Assembly (NCBI GenBank): GCA_963733055.1
Contig: CAVTBR010000003.1
Span: forward strand, 96,001-160,000
DNA from: Candidatus Bathyarchaeota archaeon
GTDB taxonomy: Archaea > Thermoproteota > Bathyarchaeia > 40CM-2-53-6
Direction: 5' to 3'
Length of the DNA: 64,000 nucleotides
Below, piece by piece: positions 59,804 to 64,000 of the stretch. A program made the position numbers and the translations under genes. The notes below the pieces were generated by a model that saw nothing but the letters and a program-made list of their open reading frames with translations, searched no databases and was not told the DNA's origin. Position 1 is the first letter of the stretch; each line of letters starts with the position of its first letter.

Positions 59804-60724
59804 TCATGTCGTCCCTTTTCCAATGATTCGTGTTTTTTTCGCATTCAGGTCTAGAAGAAGGAGCGGCTCTTGGGGGGCGTGAACGATCGGATTAGGTGAG
59901 TCGATTACAATGAAGTCGTTGCTGATCTCGGAGATTGTTACGGGCGTTGTTTGCATGCCAATAGTTGCGTGGAAGCTACCCTCTTTGACCTCCTCAGCGT
60001 AGAAGTTGCTTTTGTGAAAGCTGACTTTCAATTTTGAATCGGCCTTGATTTCGGTTGAGGTAGTGAGGACGGAGCCCCGTCCCAGCTCTTCTACGGTTGC
60101 CCCTTTAATGGCTAACCCAACCCTTGTCCCTGCATCTGCGGTTTCCCAGTCTTCATCCTGAATCTGTATGGATCGCACGATGACCTCTTTGCCTGCGGGG
60201 AGTAGGTTTAGTTTGTCATACTTTCTAACGGTTCCCTGTTTCACGAAGCCCAGTACGACTTCTCCGACACCTTTTACGCTGAAAGAGTGGTCGACGACGA
60301 CCACTGGCGCGGAGGCGTTATCCCTTTTGGGGTTGATACTTTTCAGGAGTTCAAGGATCATGCCGGGGTTGTTCGGTTCTACGTTGAACGAGTTGATCGC
60401 AGTATTTTTTATGATGGACCGGATTTGGTCAGGAGTCGCGTAGGATGTCGTGATGGCGATTCCCGCCTTAACCCCCATAAGGTCAAGCATTAGAATCGTT
60501 TCGCCCAGCTCTCGTGTCATTTGTGAGAACGCGACTATGGCGGTGTCGATGGTTGAGATTATTTCGCTTTTGGCTGAGAGTTTGTCGGCGACTGGGGACA
60601 TGAAGCTGAAGATGTAATCATCCATTTTCCTGTTGGTCATGAGAATGTCGCTCTCTGTTCCCTTCTTCCCTAATTCTCGGGTCAGGGCGTCATCGTGAAA
60701 CACTCCGACAGTGAGATGTTGCAT
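59804..60724 (-). CDS. SelB/EF-Tu domain II-containing protein lacking G1/G4 motifs
   Basis: LGKKGTESDI, VDHSFSVKGVGEVVLG.V..G, VRSIQ..D, GTRVGLAIK. Confidence 0.85.
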   Translation of the reverse strand: MQHLTVGVFHDDALTRELGKKGTESDILMTNRKMDDYIFSFMSPVADKLSAKSEIISTIDTAIVAFSQMTRELGETILMLDLMGVKAGIAITTSYATPDQIRSIIKNTAINSFNVEPNNPGMILELLKSINPKRDNASAPVVVVDHSFSVKGVGEVVLGFVKQGTVRKYDKLNLLPAGKEVIVRSIQIQDEDWETADAGTRVGLAIKGATVEELGRGSVLTTSTEIKADSKLKVSFHKSNFYAEEVKEGSFHATIGMQTTPVTISEISNDFIVIDSPNPIVHAPQEPLLLLDLNAKKTRIIGKGTT

Positions 60725-60835
60725 ACTTGCTAGCAACTCGTTTGTGCCATATCAACTTCAGGCCAGTGACGGCGTCGCTGCGGATTCGGGAAATGGAATG
60801 CTAATACCTGAGCCGAGAATAGTCGCCTGAAGCTT

Positions 60836-61762
60836 GTGCGTGGCTTGGATCCAGCGGTAATCGGAGAAAGTGCGGCGGTAGCTACCTCGTTCCTCTGGGC
60901 CGTGAGCTCGATCTTCTTCACTTCAGCTGGCAAAAAGATAGGTTGGCTGAACGTTAACGCATATCGCACCGTAATCGCGATCGCATTACTAGCCCTAACT
61001 CACGTCATCCTACTTGGAACGTTGGTCCCGTCTTTGAATGGCGGCCAATGGTTTTGGATGGGATTGAGTGGAATTGTAGGTTTGGGGATTGGGGACTCCG
61101 GATTGTTCGCGGCCTACCTCGCAATCGGCCCCAGGCGCTCGTTGTTGCTGATGGCTCTGGCCCCAATCTTCGCATCGGTGGGAGCATTCGTTCTGCTAAA
61201 TGAAACGATCAGAGAATTGGCCGTATTCGGGATAGCGCTCACCCTGATCGGCGTTGTGCTCGTCATTTTGGAGTCTGAGGAACGATCAGGTGAGGAAAGG
61301 ATCTCAAGAAGGCGAAGAGCGTCCGGAGTCTTCTGTGGCGTGGTTGCGGCCATGGGACAAGGCTTTGGTTTGGTGCTCTCTAAGAAGGGAATCGATCTGA
61401 ACCCGGGAGCTACACTAAATCCGTTGTCGGCAACACTTATGCGCTTAATATTTGCCGCGGTGTTCATTTGGCTCGTCGTTCTCGTAGCAGGCAAATTGCC
61501 ACAACTCGTGAGTGCGGCAAGAGACAGAGATGCCCTCCTGAACACGACGGCAGCCTCTTTCGTAGGCCCGTACTTGGGCATAACCCTCTCAATGGTTGCG
61601 GTTACTCTCACCGCCACGGGAGTGGCGCAGACACTACTATCCCTAATGCCCATCATGATAATCCCCATAGTTTGGATACTGCATCGGCAACGAACAAGCT
61701 GGCGCGGAATAGCGGGGGCGGCAGTGGCGGTCCTGGGAGTCGCAATCATCTTCCTAAGCTGA
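60836..61762 (+). CDS. DMT/EamA family transporter
   Basis: About ten TM segments, two EamA repeats, SGIVGLGIGD. Confidence 0.9.
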   Translation: MRGLDPAVIGESAAVATSFLWAVSSIFFTSAGKKIGWLNVNAYRTVIAIALLALTHVILLGTLVPSLNGGQWFWMGLSGIVGLGIGDSGLFAAYLAIGPRRSLLLMALAPIFASVGAFVLLNETIRELAVFGIALTLIGVVLVILESEERSGEERISRRRRASGVFCGVVAAMGQGFGLVLSKKGIDLNPGATLNPLSATLMRLIFAAVFIWLVVLVAGKLPQLVSAARDRDALLNTTAASFVGPYLGITLSMVAVTLTATGVAQTLLSLMPIMIIPIVWILHRQRTSWRGIAGAAVAVLGVAIIFLS

Positions 61763-61829
61763 AGAGACTGTTCTTTCGACGAAAAAGAATCCTTAACTAT
61801 CCTTTTGCTTGCTTGCGGCTCGATATGTT

Positions 61830-62855
61830 TTGGCACGAAGCGTCGCTCTAATCCGCGGAGATGGGACGGGGCCGGAGCTTACCGAAGCAACTCTCAAGGT
61901 CCTGAAGGCCGTGGGTACGAAGATCAATTTCGTAGAATGCGAAGCGGGTTTCGAGTGGTGGCAAGCACACGGAGGACCCAAGCTCATTCCCGACTCAAGC
62001 TGGAAGATAATTGAATCCGCGGACGCATGCTTGAAAGGCCCTACGACTACGCCCGCCGGTCCGAACACTCCACGTAGCGTTGCAGTAACTATTCGACAAG
62101 GAATGAACCTCTACGCAAACATCAGGCCCGTCAAAACCTTCGAGGGAACCAAGCGCCCCCTCGGCGACGTAGAGTTAGTATGCGTTCGTGAAGCAACTGA
62201 GGGCCTCTATTCAGGGATTGAGCACAGGTTGTCGAATGATGTAGCGATCGCCTTTCGCAAAATTACCCGTACACCAAGCGAGAAGCTGTGCAGGACCGCG
62301 TTTGAAGAAGCCAAGCGCCGAGGATGGAAACGTACCTACGCCATCACTAAGCAAAACATTCTGAAGGAAACCGATGGGCTATTCATGGATGCTGCTAACG
62401 TTGTTCACGCGAACTACCCCGACATAAGCATGGAGGAATACTTCATCGACAACTTTGCGCAACAGCTAATCAAGAACCCTCAACGCTTCAATCAGAGCAT
62501 CATTTTTGGAACCAATCTTTTCATGGACATAATCTCAGAAGAGGTCTCTGCCCTAGTTGCTAGCATAGGGTGCATATACTCCGCGAACTTCGGGGATGAT
62601 TACGCCATGTTCGAACCCGCACACGGAAGCGCTCCACGGTACAAAGGGCAGGACAAGGTAAACCCAACAGCCACCGTCCTAGCAGGAGCCTGGATGCTGG
62701 ATTATCTGGGAGAGAAGAAGCAATCCGAGGCCATATTCAAAGCAACCCGAGAAGTAATAGCGGAAGGAAAGAAGGTCACATACGACATGGGCGGCAACGC
62801 CAGCTTATCACAAATGTCAGACGCCATTGCAGAGAGAGCACGAAAGTACTTATGA
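61830..62855 (+). CDS. Isocitrate/isopropylmalate dehydrogenase family enzyme
   Basis: GDGTGPE, KGPTTTP, NLYANIRP, REATEGLYSG, FEPAHGSAP, TYDMGG. Confidence 0.92.
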   Translation: MARSVALIRGDGTGPELTEATLKVLKAVGTKINFVECEAGFEWWQAHGGPKLIPDSSWKIIESADACLKGPTTTPAGPNTPRSVAVTIRQGMNLYANIRPVKTFEGTKRPLGDVELVCVREATEGLYSGIEHRLSNDVAIAFRKITRTPSEKLCRTAFEEAKRRGWKRTYAITKQNILKETDGLFMDAANVVHANYPDISMEEYFIDNFAQQLIKNPQRFNQSIIFGTNLFMDIISEEVSALVASIGCIYSANFGDDYAMFEPAHGSAPRYKGQDKVNPTATVLAGAWMLDYLGEKKQSEAIFKATREVIAEGKKVTYDMGGNASLSQMSDAIAERARKYL

Positions 62856-63085
62856 GCACACTTCCGCCAGAACCGCAGGCGATCGCCGATTTCCATTCGT
62901 AGTTTGAATGGAAAAAATATAGCCTGAAAGGCATGCGACCGGCGCTCGAATGGGCACTGACACGCCCGATTACCACTTTCAGCATCGAACTCGACCGCAA
63001 TTAACAGTACTACAGTGTCGATTGAATGGGTGGAGTGTACAAAAACGCATATCTGTTGGTGTGGTTGATTATCGAACGAGCCCAT

Positions 63086-63283
63086 ATGTCAACCACCCAA
63101 ACCGAAGAGAAGGAATTCTCAGACGAAGAACTTGAAGAAATAATCGACATGAAAGCCCCCACGGAGCTGGTTAAGGAATTCGAGGCGATGGTGAAAGAGA
63201 GCCCCCTACTCGTTACGGGTCTGGTATTCGCCTTTGGAATTCTCATAGGCGTTTCACTCTCATCTGGACGAAGAAGACGCTGA
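63086..63283 (+). CDS. Small tail-anchored protein (ElaB/YqjD-like C-terminus)
   Basis: VKESPLLVTGLVFAFGILIG + RRRR. Confidence 0.65.
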   Translation: MSTTQTEEKEFSDEELEEIIDMKAPTELVKEFEAMVKESPLLVTGLVFAFGILIGVSLSSGRRRR

Positions 63284-63332
63284 AAGGTATTCTTTTATTG
63301 GTTGAACGTTGAGCTTACGCGTGGCGTAGATT

Positions 63333-63548
63333 TTGCCGAAAAAGAAAGACGCACCCAGCGACATTCCGCGGTACATGAAGAGTCTTCGGAAAGATGTGGA
63401 CGGTCGCCTGACCGATCTGAAGTCAGAAATGGACGATGTTCAAAAGCGAGCGATGAAAACGATGAAGGAACGGCCGATGCTTGCGCTAGGAATAGCGTTC
63501 GTTGTTGGGATGGCATTCGGCATCGCACTCGCAAACGCTGGAGACTAG
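63333..63548 (+). CDS. ElaB/YqjD (DUF883)-like tail-anchored protein
   Basis: Coiled coil followed by MKERPMLALGIAFVVGMAFG. Confidence 0.65.
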   Translation: MPKKKDAPSDIPRYMKSLRKDVDGRLTDLKSEMDDVQKRAMKTMKERPMLALGIAFVVGMAFGIALANAGD

Positions 63549-63557
63549 GCGTTCGCA

Positions 63558-63857
63558 TTGCCCGAACCCGAAAAACCAGCTCTCGCCGAGAAACTCGTGA
63601 AACTAATCCTCCGCGAAGCCCTCGGAGGCGTCGCCAAGCCGGTAGAACACTTTGTCAAACGCCTCGTCAGATCCGTGGCCTTGATCATGGGCGGCATAGT
63701 GGTCGCTGTGATTGGAATTGCCTTTGTCGCGGTCGGGGCCGTGAAGTGGCTTAGTGCCCTTATGCCAACTTGGCTAGCTTGGGCGCTTGTGGGAATTATA
63801 CTGCTCCTTCTCGGAGTAGTCGTAACCACAACGGCATACGCGAGCGGTCGGAGCTAG
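63558..63857 (+). CDS. Small two-TM protein (YqjE/holin-like)
   Basis: Two TM segments, PTWLAWALVG, directly downstream of the DUF883-like gene. Confidence 0.6.
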   Translation: MPEPEKPALAEKLVKLILREALGGVAKPVEHFVKRLVRSVALIMGGIVVAVIGIAFVAVGAVKWLSALMPTWLAWALVGIILLLLGVVVTTTAYASGRS

Positions 63858-64000
63858 ACACATCCGACGAGTTAGCCTTCGATTTATCGACTTAATCGCC
63901 GGTTATGGTGCGGCGTTCTGAGTCGACAGGAACCGAATAATCTTTCCTGCACCCAGCTTCTCTGTAACGATCTTCTGCTCTTCAGAGTTCAGTGCTTTGT

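Noticed and set aside
61114-61836. Long antisense ORFs (e.g. 240 aa opposite the EamA gene, 165 aa opposite korA)
   Set aside because: They are shadow frames of well-supported genes with no recognisable motifs.

Overview
64 kb of an archaeal chromosome of the TACK type (rps26e, Alba, CdvA/B/C, PolB2, archaeal ThrRS/ProRS/ArgRS; a Bathyarchaeia-like lineage is an inference). Main blocks, left to right: the end of a Dpp/Opp peptide ABC transporter; three membrane-anchored surface proteins; a PolB2 damage-tolerance cassette; a large acyl-CoA catabolic region (MeaB, two B12 mutase large subunits, one B12-binding subunit, thiolase/DUF35 pairs, biotin-dependent carboxylase, BirA); split MetE plus MetF; housekeeping genes; a complete Cdv (ESCRT-III/Vps4) operon; and a ~4.4 kb element integrated in tRNA-Arg(CCG). 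The top finding is a 17-nt insertion (19946-19962) in the D-x-H-x-x-G cobalamin-binding motif of the mutase small subunit. It folds into a canonical bulge-helix-bulge (BHB) whose predicted endonuclease cuts exactly restore the frame, so it is a candidate tRNA-type micro-intron in a metabolic mRNA. Second, the integrated element has an att-split integrase and a cassette-like array in which every cargo gene is bounded by a conserved palindromic repeat. Several single-base indels in otherwise intact genes are probably sequencing errors.
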